A DNA stretch of 32,000 nt from Synechocystis sp. PCC 6803 substr. PCC-P (GCF_000284455.1 NC_017039.1:120001-152000); one strand, 5' to 3'. Positions 18,283-26,979 are shown, numbered from the stretch's first letter. The notes: generated by a model not told the origin, from the sequence alone. Made by a program: numbers and translations.

Positions 18283-20535
18283 TTGGAATTGCCTGTGCCA
18301 CAGTTGATATCTGTTCCCAACCTGTCCACCGATGTCCACCTTGGCCAAACGTTTCCCTTAGGGGCAACGGTCTACGCCGATGGGGTTAATTTCTGCTTGT
18401 TTTCCAAACATGCGGAAAGGGTCACGCTATTGTTGTTTGATCGCCCTAATGATCCGGCCCCGGCCCGCACCATTGAGCTTCATCGAGGACGGAACCGCAC
18501 CTTCTACTACTGGCATGTTTTTGTGAAGGGTTTAAAGGCGGGGCAGGTTTATGCTTACCGTGTTGATGGGCCCCACGAACCGGAAAAGGGCCATCGGTTT
18601 GACCCGGACAAAGTTTTGCTCGACCCCTACGCCAAGGCGATCGTCGGGAAGGATATTTACGACCGCAAAGCAGCCATGGCCCTCGGAGATAACTGCGCCC
18701 AGGCCCTACGCAGCGTGGTGGTGGACACCAGTGTGTACGACTGGGAGGATGACCATGCCCCCCGCACGCCCTACGCCGCCAGCATTATCTACGAACTCCA
18801 CGTCGGGGGCTTTACCCGCAACCCCAATTCGGGCTTAAGCGAAAACAAACGGGGCACCTATGCAGGATTAATTGAAAAAATTCCCTACCTCAAGGAATTG
18901 GGCATTACAGCGGTGGAATTATTACCGGTGCATTATTTTGACCCTGAAGATGCCCAACCAGGACTGACCAACTATTGGGGTTATAGTACCATCGGCTTTT
19001 TTGCGCCCCACCAAGGCTACAGTGCTGCCGATGATCCCCTGGAAGTGGTAGACGAATTTCGGGACATGGTCAAAGCCCTGCACAAAGCGGGCATAGAAGT
19101 GATTTTAGATGTGGTCTTTAACCACACTGCGGAGGGCAACGAAAAAGGCCCCACCCTTTCCTTCCGGGGCATTGATAACAGAACCTATTACATCCTCGAT
19201 GAAGATAAAAGTTCCTACAGCAACTACAGCGGTTGCGGTAATAGCGTTAAGGCTAATCACCCCGTGGTGGGGGGTCTAATCCTTGATTCCCTGCGCTACT
19301 GGGTATCGGAAATGCATGTGGATGGCTTTCGCTTTGATTTGGCTTCCGTACTGGTGCGAGATACCAAAGGAGTGCCCCTCCATGGTAGTGAAATTGCCAC
19401 CGCCAACATCATCTGGGCGATCGAATCCGACCCGATTTTAGCCGGTACTAAATTGATCGCCGAAGCTTGGGATGCGGCGGGACTGTACAGCGTCGGTAAA
19501 TTTGTGGAGTTGGCAGACTGGTTTGCGGAATGGAACGGTCCTTTTCGGGACGATGTGCGTCGCTTTGTCAAAGGGGATAATGGCGCAGTGCCAGCATTGG
19601 CTAGCCGCCTACTAGGTAGCCCCGACATTTACTATCGCCAAGATACGGATATTAACCGCAGTATCAACTTTGTCACCTGCCATGATGGTTTTACCCTGGT
19701 AGACCTGGTTTCCTACAACGAAAAACACAACGAAGCCAACGGAGAAAAGAACCGAGACGGGACCAATGATAATTTCAGTTGGAACTGTGGCGTGGAAGGG
19801 GAAACCGATGACCCCAAAATTAATCAACTGCGACTGCGGCAAATTAAAAACTTTCTAACTATTTTATTCTTTTCCCAGGGTACGCCGATGTTGCTGATGG
19901 GAGATCCGGTGGGCAGAACCCAGCAGGGCAATAATAACGGCTATTGCCAAGATAACGAACTAAGTTGGTTCGACTGGAGTGGGGAAGAAACCCACAGCGA
20001 TGAAACTCACTTTTTGCGGGGCATTATTGCTTTGACCCAAAGCCTATCCCTATTTCTTGAGGAAAGTTTATTGCCGGTGCTAAATTTTGCTCTACCCCGC
20101 TTTCCCGATGAAAATGACGGCTCTGAGGGGGATGGCCAGGACGGGGAAGAACCCGTTTATAAACCCCTCCCTCCAGTGGACGAAGCAGCTCTGCGGGAAA
20201 TGTATCTTAAAGCAACTAAGGATTTACCGGGCTCCTGCGTGGTTTGGCATGGAGTGAAACTAGCCCAGCCCGATTGGTCTTACACTTCCCATACTTTAGC
20301 GGTCACCCTATTCCATCCAGGAGCGGAGGAAATTCTCCATCTGATCTTTAATGCCTATTGGGAACCGCTGAATTTTGAATTGCCCCCTCTAAACGATGGT
20401 TTGATTTGGCATCGACTGGTGGATACCTATTTACCAACTCCGTTGGACTTCCAGGAGCCGGCGATCGCCTCTCCGGTTGAGGGAGAAACATATTGGGTTC
20501 AGCCCCGTTCTTCTGTGGTGTTAATGGCAAAATAG
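18283..20535 (+). CDS. glgX: glycogen debranching enzyme GlgX (GH13 isoamylase type); start codon uncertain (TTG 18283, TTG 18289 or GTG 18295)
   Basis: The N-terminal CBM48-like region reads PLGATVYADGVNFCLFSKHAERVTLLLFD. The GH13 conserved regions are DVVFNHT, DGFRFDLAS, EAWD and FVTCHDG. Confidence 0.9.
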   Translation: MELPVPQLISVPNLSTDVHLGQTFPLGATVYADGVNFCLFSKHAERVTLLLFDRPNDPAPARTIELHRGRNRTFYYWHVFVKGLKAGQVYAYRVDGPHEPEKGHRFDPDKVLLDPYAKAIVGKDIYDRKAAMALGDNCAQALRSVVVDTSVYDWEDDHAPRTPYAASIIYELHVGGFTRNPNSGLSENKRGTYAGLIEKIPYLKELGITAVELLPVHYFDPEDAQPGLTNYWGYSTIGFFAPHQGYSAADDPLEVVDEFRDMVKALHKAGIEVILDVVFNHTAEGNEKGPTLSFRGIDNRTYYILDEDKSSYSNYSGCGNSVKANHPVVGGLILDSLRYWVSEMHVDGFRFDLASVLVRDTKGVPLHGSEIATANIIWAIESDPILAGTKLIAEAWDAAGLYSVGKFVELADWFAEWNGPFRDDVRRFVKGDNGAVPALASRLLGSPDIYYRQDTDINRSINFVTCHDGFTLVDLVSYNEKHNEANGEKNRDGTNDNFSWNCGVEGETDDPKINQLRLRQIKNFLTILFFSQGTPMLLMGDPVGRTQQGNNNGYCQDNELSWFDWSGEETHSDETHFLRGIIALTQSLSLFLEESLLPVLNFALPRFPDENDGSEGDGQDGEEPVYKPLPPVDEAALREMYLKATKDLPGSCVVWHGVKLAQPDWSYTSHTLAVTLFHPGAEEILHLIFNAYWEPLNFELPPLNDGLIWHRLVDTYLPTPLDFQEPAIASPVEGETYWVQPRSSVVLMAK

Positions 20536-20584
20536 TCTAATTTACTGAGTTTTTGCCCAATTAACTTTTTAGCCCATTGGAACC

Positions 20585-21007
20585 ATGAGATTAATTAAAC
20601 AAATTGTGGCTTTTCTTTTGCTTTCCCTGGGAATTCCTTTGGGGCTCTACTGTGTGGTGGAAATTTTCGACTCCACTAAGTCCCAGGAAGACCGGGATGG
20701 AGCGGCGGCGGCTCTGATGATTTTTTCCCTGCCCATGAGTGCCCTGGGGGGTGGGCTACTCTGGAGTGCGGTCCATGATGGCAGAAAGCAACAACAACAA
20801 ATCACTATGGCGACCTCGGAGAACCTCAGAAAAATTTTCTTCCAAATTCTAGAGGAAAATAAAAACACCATTACGGTTTTACAGTTTTGCAAGGCCGCAG
20901 AAATTGATGGTAAGGAAGCCAAAGAATATTTGGACCAAAAGGCGATTGAGTTCAATGCCACCTTTGAAGCTAGTGAGTCCGGTGGTATTATTTATAAATT
21001 TCCCTAA
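20585..21007 (+). CDS. hypothetical membrane protein, 140 aa
   Basis: Two predicted TM helices are present (IVAFLLLSLGIPLGLYCVV and ALMIFSLPMSALGGGLLW). A QQQQ linker and a ~65-aa soluble C-terminal domain follow. I recognise no motif. Confidence 0.5.
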   Translation: MRLIKQIVAFLLLSLGIPLGLYCVVEIFDSTKSQEDRDGAAAALMIFSLPMSALGGGLLWSAVHDGRKQQQQITMATSENLRKIFFQILEENKNTITVLQFCKAAEIDGKEAKEYLDQKAIEFNATFEASESGGIIYKFP

Positions 21008-21096
21008 ATTTGAACAATGTAGTTTATCTAACATTGTTACACTCGCTTTTTTGGAAATCTCTAGCAATCTTAGCATTAAATATGTAATTATAGTTA

Positions 21097-21425
21097 TAGT
21101 TATTTCAAATAAGAGTGAAGCACTAGACGATGCAATAAGACCGAATCACTTCATCAAGGGATGTTCCGACAGGGGCATACATTCTGATTCTTTTTAACGC
21201 ACTAAAATCATGCTCAATATCATTTAAATCAGGAGAGTACTTCGGTAAAAATACAACCTCACGACCGGCTTCTTTAACCAATTCTTTAATGGCATTTTTA
21301 CGATGAATGGAAGCATTATCCATTGTTAAGACTGATGGAATGCTGAGTGATGCTAAAAGATACACTCTCAACCATCCTTCAAAGCCTTCTGCATTCAAGC
21401 TTCCTGTAAAGATCATTGGTGCAAT
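21097..21425 (-). mobile_element. decayed ISY100-related element, 3' third only
   Basis: The end sequence tagttatttcaaataagag (21097 onward, preceded by TA) parallels the left end of the full copy at 3475. Nucleotide similarity to 3475-3805 continues to about 21425 and is then lost. Degenerate similarity to the other IS end (gaaaatgac at 21512-21520) may mark an internally deleted element. Confidence 0.75.
21123..21416 (-). pseudogene. truncated IS630-family transposase C-terminal fragment (97 codons)
   Basis: The fragment aligns colinearly with the last ~95 aa of orfB at 3501-3995 (FTGSLNAEGFEGWL...MDNA.IHRK.AIKEL.KEAG.EV.FLPKYSPDLNDIEHDFSALKR.RMYAP). It has many substitutions. The first two catalytic Asp regions and the HTH domain are missing. 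Confidence 0.85.
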
Positions 21426-21647
21426 TATAGCTGATTAGTACGACTATAAGGTACTAGAGTATTAGGAGTTCAACAAAGACTAATAATAAAATTTTCTATG
21501 ATAATAAAAGCGAAAATGACAATTTAGGCATTTAAACTAAATATTTAAAATGGTCTTAATTGTGAAAATTTTACGCAATTTATAGTTATCGATAAATGCT
21601 ATTTGTTTTTCTTATACCTCCCAGATAATCTTTATAAAAACGTCTTC

Positions 21648-22442
21648 ATGGATTCACAAAACTCTTCTTTTTCTCCAGCGGTTTATTTTGTTGGGGCGGG
21701 CCCCGGTGATCCGGATTTATTGACCATTAAGGGGCAAAAGCTTTTGCAGGCGGCGGATTTAGTCCTCTATGCCGATTCCTTGGTGCCCAAACAAATTTTG
21801 GCGGACGTCAGACCCCAGGCGGAATGTGTTGCCACCGGGAATAAAACCTTGGAAACCATTGTGCCTTTGATGATCACAGCGGTGCGCCAAGGCAAGATTG
21901 TGGTGCGACTCCATTCCGGCGATCTAACCCTCTACAGCGCCATCCACGAACAAATGCAAGCCCTGGGAGAAGCGGATATTCCCTTTGTCTGTGTGCCGGG
22001 TATTAGCGCCTTTCAAGCGGCGGCGGCGATCTTAAACTGTGAACTTACGGTGCCTGATCTCGTGCAAACCATTGTGCTAACCCGCATTAGTGGTGCGGCT
22101 TCGGCGGTGCCAGAACGGGAAGAGTTAGCAGGTTTAGCGTACCACCAAGCTAGTTTGGGGTTATACCTGGCGGCGCGCCATGTGGAAAAAGCTCAGAACC
22201 AATTGTTAGAGCATTATCCCGGCGACACTCCCGTAGCGGTTTGTTTTCGGGTGGGTTGGCCCGATGAAAAGATTTGGTTAGTGCCCTTGGCAGAAATGGC
22301 AGCCTTAAGTTTGCGGGAAAATTTAATCCGCACCACCCTTTACCTGATTAGCCCAGCTTTAAAGACTGATTTACCCCGGCGATCGCGCCTTTATCATCCC
22401 GACCATAGCCATTTATTCCGTCCAGTCCGTCCCCTATTGTGA
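21648..22442 (+). CDS. cbiF: precorrin-4 C11-methyltransferase (CbiF/CobM), 264 aa from ATG 21648
   Basis: The tetrapyrrole methylase signature is VYFVGAGPGDPDLLTIKGQKLLQAADLVLYADSLV. Further motifs are RLHSGDLTLYSAI and VPGISAFQAAAA. The ORF-track start at 21603 is a TTG extension lying in AT-rich DNA. Confidence 0.88.
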   Translation: MDSQNSSFSPAVYFVGAGPGDPDLLTIKGQKLLQAADLVLYADSLVPKQILADVRPQAECVATGNKTLETIVPLMITAVRQGKIVVRLHSGDLTLYSAIHEQMQALGEADIPFVCVPGISAFQAAAAILNCELTVPDLVQTIVLTRISGAASAVPEREELAGLAYHQASLGLYLAARHVEKAQNQLLEHYPGDTPVAVCFRVGWPDEKIWLVPLAEMAALSLRENLIRTTLYLISPALKTDLPRRSRLYHPDHSHLFRPVRPLL

Positions 22443-22558
22443 CAACCAGTTAAGTCTGAGGATATTTTTGCTTTCATAGCTTGTTTTCTTCCTGAGGGAA
22501 GTTAGGATTAGTGATGGGGGTTATTCCCTCCAAAAAGAATTAGTATTTTCTCCTCCCC

Positions 22559-22981
22559 ATGAGCTGGATTCCCCCCTACCGTCCCCAACAATTGTCCCTG
22601 GGCCCCCTGGAGCAGGAAATTTTACAAATTATCTGGCAATTGGGCCAGGCCACGGTGAAAGATATCCACGATCGCATTTTGAGCGACCCTGACCGGGAAT
22701 TGGCCTACTCTTCGGTAACCACGGTGTTAAATCGGCTCACAAAGAAGGGCTGGTTAGTGTGCCATCGCCAGGGCAAAGCCTTTATTTGGACGGCAAGGGT
22801 GAGTGCAGACCAGGCCAAAGCGGTGCAGTCCTACGAACAATTACAGCAGTTTTTGGCCATTAGCAATCCCGATGTGGTGGCCGCCTTTGCTGACAGTTTA
22901 GACACCGCTAGCATTGACCAGTTAACGGCGATCGCCGATCGTTTGCGGGCGGCCCGACAACAGCGACAGGAGGAGAAATAA
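22559..22981 (+). CDS. petR: BlaI/MecI/CopY family winged-helix transcriptional repressor, 140 aa
   Basis: LGPLEQEILQIIWQLGQATVKDIHDRI...YSSVTTVLNRLTKKGWL is the penicillinase-repressor family wHTH. A C-terminal dimerisation helix follows. The gene is coupled to the downstream protease gene by a TAATG overlap. The gene symbol is from memory of the Synechocystis PetR/PetP literature and is not verified here. Confidence 0.8.
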   Translation: MSWIPPYRPQQLSLGPLEQEILQIIWQLGQATVKDIHDRILSDPDRELAYSSVTTVLNRLTKKGWLVCHRQGKAFIWTARVSADQAKAVQSYEQLQQFLAISNPDVVAAFADSLDTASIDQLTAIADRLRAARQQRQEEK

Positions 22982-23826
22982 TGCACAGTATTTTGTTTGC
23001 CATTGCAGTTTTAATTGCCTTTGGCCTGCGTTGGGCCATTCGTTGCTGGCCGGGCGGATTATCTTGGTCCATAGCGTTAGGCTTTTTTGCCCTTCCCCCC
23101 CTACTGTTGATTACCACTAGCATGGCGATCGCCTGGATGGGCTGTGGTTGGATGTTTGGCTTCCCCGCTAGCATGGGCAGTCACTTTCTCGCTTGGCTAT
23201 TTTTGCTCTGGACAGCAGTTTGTGTTGCCAACCTTACCTGGCAAACTTGGCAAACGTTGGCGGCGGTAAAAGTTCATCCGTTGGCCGATTGGCAAGGACA
23301 AAAAATTCGTCTTTTGGATACTCCTTTTCCCTACAGCGCCCAGGTGGGATTATGGTCACCGGAACTGGTAGTAAGTCAGGGTTTATTGAAATTGCTGTCT
23401 CCGGAACAGGTAAATGCGGTCTTAGCCCATGAAAATGCCCATCGTTTTTACCGGGATACTTGGACGTTTTTCTGGTTAGGATGCCTGCGTCGCCTAACTT
23501 TTTGGCTACCGGAAACGGAATCTTTATGGCAGGAATTACTGTGGCAGAGGGAATGTCGAGCCGATCGCCATGGGGCAAAAAACTGTGATCCCTTGCTCCT
23601 GGCGGAAGCCCTGGCCCTAGTGTCCCAAAATTCCATCGTTGCCAATCCCATTCCTTTGGCAGTGCCCTTTTCTGGTCAACAAGACCGCTTACTAGCCCGC
23701 ATTGACCATTTACTAGGTTTTTCCATTACCCCGGATTCCCACCGTTTAGCTAGCTGGGTTGGATCTTTCCTTCTCCTGGTGATCGCCATTTTGCCCCTGA
23801 TTTTGATTCCTTTACATATAAAGTAA
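22981..23826 (+). CDS. petP: BlaR1-like (M56/M48) membrane zinc metalloprotease without a C-terminal sensor domain, 281 aa
   Basis: Three N-terminal TM helices and one C-terminal TM helix are predicted. The HExxH zinc site is LAHENAHRF. There is no penicillin-binding-type sensor domain. A Met/Cys/His-rich stretch (WMGCGWMFGFPASMGSH) lies in the N-terminal membrane region. Confidence 0.8.
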   Translation: MHSILFAIAVLIAFGLRWAIRCWPGGLSWSIALGFFALPPLLLITTSMAIAWMGCGWMFGFPASMGSHFLAWLFLLWTAVCVANLTWQTWQTLAAVKVHPLADWQGQKIRLLDTPFPYSAQVGLWSPELVVSQGLLKLLSPEQVNAVLAHENAHRFYRDTWTFFWLGCLRRLTFWLPETESLWQELLWQRECRADRHGAKNCDPLLLAEALALVSQNSIVANPIPLAVPFSGQQDRLLARIDHLLGFSITPDSHRLASWVGSFLLLVIAILPLILIPLHIK

Positions 23827-24060
23827 GTTCAAGCTATTCAGGTGAGATTTTAAGTAATACCAAATTTTAAAATGATAGATACGATTCCTAATCCCCCCGC
23901 CTATCGGCTTCCCCCCTTCTCAACCGGAGCTTTAGTGAGGAGGGCTAGGGGGGATATCTCTTGACCCGTCGCTGGAATTTAACGAATTGGTATAACAATT
24001 ATCACTCCTGTAAAAGTTCCCAAGATCATTTCTCTTAAGACATTTAAGAATTTTTTTAAC

Positions 24061-24543
24061 ATGGCCACTGCCTTAGAAACTAATCAACCAGCCCCGACTT
24101 TCTCCGCCCCCAATGCTGAGGGGAAAACAATTTCCTCCGATGATTTTTTGGGGCAGTGGTTAGTGCTTTATTTTTACCCCAAAGACAATACCCCCGGTTG
24201 CACCACTGAAGCGATAGATTTTAGCGAAAAGTTACCGGAATTTACAGATTTAAATGCTGTTGTTGTCGGTGTTAGTCCGGATTCGGAAAAAAGTCACGGC
24301 AAATTTATTGACAAGCATAATTTAACCGTTCAACTGCTCAGTGATCCGGAACACGAATTAGCGGCAGCCTATGGCGCTTGGGGACCGAAAAAGTTTATGG
24401 GCAAAGAGTGTGAAGGCATTCTTCGTTCTACTTTTTTGATCAATCCCCAGGGGAATATTGCCCACATTTGGCCTAATGTCCGGGTTAAGGGCCACGCAGA
24501 AAAGGTATTGGAGAAATTGCAACAGTTGAATAGCGCTGATTAG
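24061..24543 (+). CDS. bcp: peroxiredoxin, BCP/PrxQ subfamily, 160 aa
   Basis: FYPKDNTPGCTTEA holds the peroxidatic Cys motif. Position +5, where many BCPs have a resolving Cys, is Ile here. The SPD and FLI motifs typical of the AhpC/TSA fold are present. Confidence 0.88.
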   Translation: MATALETNQPAPTFSAPNAEGKTISSDDFLGQWLVLYFYPKDNTPGCTTEAIDFSEKLPEFTDLNAVVVGVSPDSEKSHGKFIDKHNLTVQLLSDPEHELAAAYGAWGPKKFMGKECEGILRSTFLINPQGNIAHIWPNVRVKGHAEKVLEKLQQLNSAD

Positions 24544-24553
24544 TTAATTGTTT

Positions 24554-25081
24554 ATGCGAAAATCACTTTCGGGCAAGCAAATCCTTCAGCCTTGGCAGAG
24601 TTTCAGCGTTAACCTAATCGATTTTTATCGGTATCGATTGCTAAATTGGTTAACCCTTGGTTTGATTTGCTTCAGTTTAAATGCCTGTCAAAGTGCCCCG
24701 CCCCCTTTGGAATTTGCCCCTGACGGTGCGGTGGTACAGCAAGCAATTACTTTCCAACTTAATCGTACCCAAACTGCCCTGAGCCAACATTTAAACGCCC
24801 CGACCCCAGATTTTGAAATTAGCAAAATCAATGTCAAAAATATTGAGGCGATCGCCGTGGATAATTTACCGGCCTATCACCTGACTGGGGGATATGATTT
24901 AAAACTAATTTTGCCCCGGCAAACGGTGACTCAAAAACAGAATCCCTTCGATCTTTACCTACAGCGGCAAAGTGAAGGCAAAAGTTGGCGGTTGTTAAAA
25001 AAAGACATTGACCCCCGCACTAACGAGGAAAAATGGGGCAGTTATCTAGTGGAGCTACAAGCAACGGAGCCCGAAAGTTAA
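24554..25081 (+). CDS. hypothetical protein, possible lipoprotein, 175 aa
   Basis: A hydrophobic segment ends in a lipobox-like LNAC (LTLGLICFSLNAC), but only after an unusually long ~30-aa N-region. I recognise no motif. The start is 10 nt after the bcp stop. Confidence 0.5.
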   Translation: MRKSLSGKQILQPWQSFSVNLIDFYRYRLLNWLTLGLICFSLNACQSAPPPLEFAPDGAVVQQAITFQLNRTQTALSQHLNAPTPDFEISKINVKNIEAIAVDNLPAYHLTGGYDLKLILPRQTVTQKQNPFDLYLQRQSEGKSWRLLKKDIDPRTNEEKWGSYLVELQATEPES

Positions 25082-25163
25082 CTAAGTTGACGGGTTAAAA
25101 ACTAAAATTCACCTTGGCTAGAGAGAATTAGCAATTAACTTTGGCTTTCCCACCATTGCCCGT

Positions 25164-25469
25164 CTAAGAATTTTCCAGCCATGTTTCCACACTTTTCACC
25201 TTTTCATCCATGGTTTGGGGGCGATCAGTGCGGGTACCAAAACGCATGCTGGAAGTGATGCGGGGGGCTCCCAGGGCATGGACAGCTTCATGGCAAGCCT
25301 TAACTGCGGCAAAAACTTCGTCCCAATCCCCTTCAATGTTGGTGCCGTAGGCATGCATGGTATGTTTCAGCCCCGCTTCGGCCAGTACTTTCTGGCAAGC
25401 GGCCACATACTGACCCACGGAAACCCCCACACCCAGGGGCACAACACATAAATCCACAATCACGTTCAT
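25164..25469 (-). CDS. MTH1187/YkoF family (DUF77) small ligand-binding protein, 101 aa from ATG 25469
   Basis: MNVIVDLCVVPLGVGVSVGQYVAACQKVL...GLKHTMHAYGTNIEGDWDEV matches the DUF77 ferredoxin-like pattern (V.P.G...S...YVA......SGL......MGT.IEG). The ORF-track start at 25541 is probably an upstream extension. Confidence 0.7.
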   Translation of the reverse strand: MNVIVDLCVVPLGVGVSVGQYVAACQKVLAEAGLKHTMHAYGTNIEGDWDEVFAAVKACHEAVHALGAPRITSSMRFGTRTDRPQTMDEKVKSVETWLENS

Positions 25470-25760
25470 AGCTTTTACTCGTCGGTAATGGCTGACGACA
25501 ATCTCAAATTTCCCTAGATTTTGACACACTCCTGCCGTCAATTGGAGGGGCAGGTTAGCTGTTGATATGGGTATTGGGTTAGGAGTTCCCTAGAACCATG
25601 GCCCACCAAGGCTGAGAAAGTCCGCAACAAGTCGTTAAATTTCTGCGCTTGCATTGGCCTTATTCTGAAGGGATAAGGCTTAACCGAGGAGGGCTTGCCG
25701 TTATCAATCTCCATGGCACGGTGAGACTCTCCCTGAACCGATTCAAGGAACTCAATTATC

Positions 25761-26615
25761 ATGCTTAGCAAAATTTTATACGCAGATTCTGGCACCAGCC
25801 AAACCCAAGAAATGCTCAAGGCCATGATGGACTTTCCGGCGGTGCAAAAGGCATCGATCACGATTTTGCACGTGGTTCCGCCCCAAATTACCACGGAGGC
25901 ATTCACGGAAAAATGGGCCGAGGGCGGTAAAATCCTGGCGGACTTGTTGGAGGATGTGGCCATCGAACCCAGTAAGGTTTCCACCGTGTTGCGCCAAGGA
26001 GACCCCAAGGGAGTGGTGTGTGATGTGGCCAACGAAATTGATGCGGACCTGATTATTATGGGTTCCCGGGGCTTGAAACGGTTGGAAGCCATTCTAGAAA
26101 ATTCTGTTAGTCAGTATGTATTTCAACTGACCAATCACCCCATGTTGTTGGTGAAGGACGATATTTACGTTAAGCGCATTAAACGGGTCATGGTGGCCCT
26201 AGATAAGTCAGCGGCGGCGGAGTATGCGTTGGAACTGGCCCTGGAGCTTTTGCGGGATTATCCAGAAGGGGAATTAATTCTAGCTCGGGTGAACCCCGAC
26301 CTGAAGCCGGATCTACTACCCCTTTCCCGGCAAGAAATTGAGGAAAACCCCGTCCTAGCTCCGGCGATCGCCAAGGCGAAGCGTTTGGGCATTGCCTATC
26401 GTTGCACTGTAACGGGGGGTAAGCCAGGGGAAAAACTATGCGAATTGGCGGAGGATTACAATGCTGACTTGATGCTGTTGGGTTCCCCCGATCGCCGGCC
26501 CTCCATTGCCAAGAGTTTGCCAGATTTAGACCGACTATTGGGCACTTCCCTATCGGACTATATTCGGGTCAATGCCCCCTGTCCGGTGTTACTAACTCGC
26601 AAAGAAGGGATCTAA
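25761..26615 (+). CDS. tandem universal stress protein (two UspA domains), 284 aa
   Basis: Domain 1 reads ILHVV...DADLIIMGSRGL....LENSVSQYVFQLTNHPMLLVK. Domain 2 reads RVMVALD...ADLMLLGSPDRR...LGTSLSDYIRVNAPCPVLL. Confidence 0.85.
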   Translation: MLSKILYADSGTSQTQEMLKAMMDFPAVQKASITILHVVPPQITTEAFTEKWAEGGKILADLLEDVAIEPSKVSTVLRQGDPKGVVCDVANEIDADLIIMGSRGLKRLEAILENSVSQYVFQLTNHPMLLVKDDIYVKRIKRVMVALDKSAAAEYALELALELLRDYPEGELILARVNPDLKPDLLPLSRQEIEENPVLAPAIAKAKRLGIAYRCTVTGGKPGEKLCELAEDYNADLMLLGSPDRRPSIAKSLPDLDRLLGTSLSDYIRVNAPCPVLLTRKEGI

Positions 26616-26659
26616 TTTCAATTAAAGGCGAAATATTTACCCAGGGTTTAACTATCGGC

Positions 26660-26689
26660 AAAAAAAGGGGCTGGATCAACTCCGCCCCT
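26660..26689 (-). terminator. rho-independent terminator downstream of psbM
   Basis: The minus strand reads aggggc-ggagttgatcca-gcccct followed by a T run (plus-strand A7 at 26660-26666). It lies 35 nt downstream of the psbM stop. It could also act on the convergent usp transcript. Confidence 0.6.
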
Positions 26690-26723
26690 GACTCTGTTCT
26701 GTTTGACAATGGTTAACCAAGGC

Positions 26724-26831
26724 TTAGCTTTCGCTTTGTTTCCCGGTTTGAATAAACAGGATCAACAGGAAAACCGTTGGCACCAACACAAATAAAATAC
26801 TTGCTATAAAGCCGAGATTGTTAACTTGCAT
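26724..26831 (-). CDS. psbM: photosystem II reaction centre protein M, 35 aa (below the ORF-track size cut-off)
   Basis: Hand translation of the minus strand gives [35 protein letters not shown], which I recognise as cyanobacterial PsbM. A GAGG lies about 12 nt upstream of the ATG, and an intrinsic terminator lies downstream. Confidence 0.9.
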
Positions 26832-26979
26832 AGCCTAAACTGCCTCGATCTTAAATTTGGCTCAATACCCTACCTAGAATAGCATTGGTGGGTCATGGCC
26901 CTGGGGCAATGGCTGAAGGGCTGGCCAAACTTTTTGCTCCGCCTTCTCCGCCTAATTTTACTATCCACCACCACTTACC

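Noticed and set aside
18145-18367. Two minus-strand ORFs (67 and 63 aa) in the GST-glgX spacer overlapping the glgX start
   Set aside because: They overlap each other in different frames and overlap the glgX N-terminus. They have no motifs. The spacer is better explained by the HIP1 palindrome hairpin and the glgX promoter.
21426-21647. Possible cobalamin riboswitch upstream of cbiF
   Set aside because: The region is extremely AT-rich with no B12-box-like GCCACTG core or GC-rich helices. It looks like IS debris instead.
25538-26092. 184-aa minus-strand ORF spanning the DUF77-usp intergenic region and the 5' third of the usp gene
   Set aside because: It overlaps a USP gene with clear domain motifs. 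Its translation is Ser/Thr/Pro-rich with no features. Its 3' end would overlap the DUF77 gene's extended frame.
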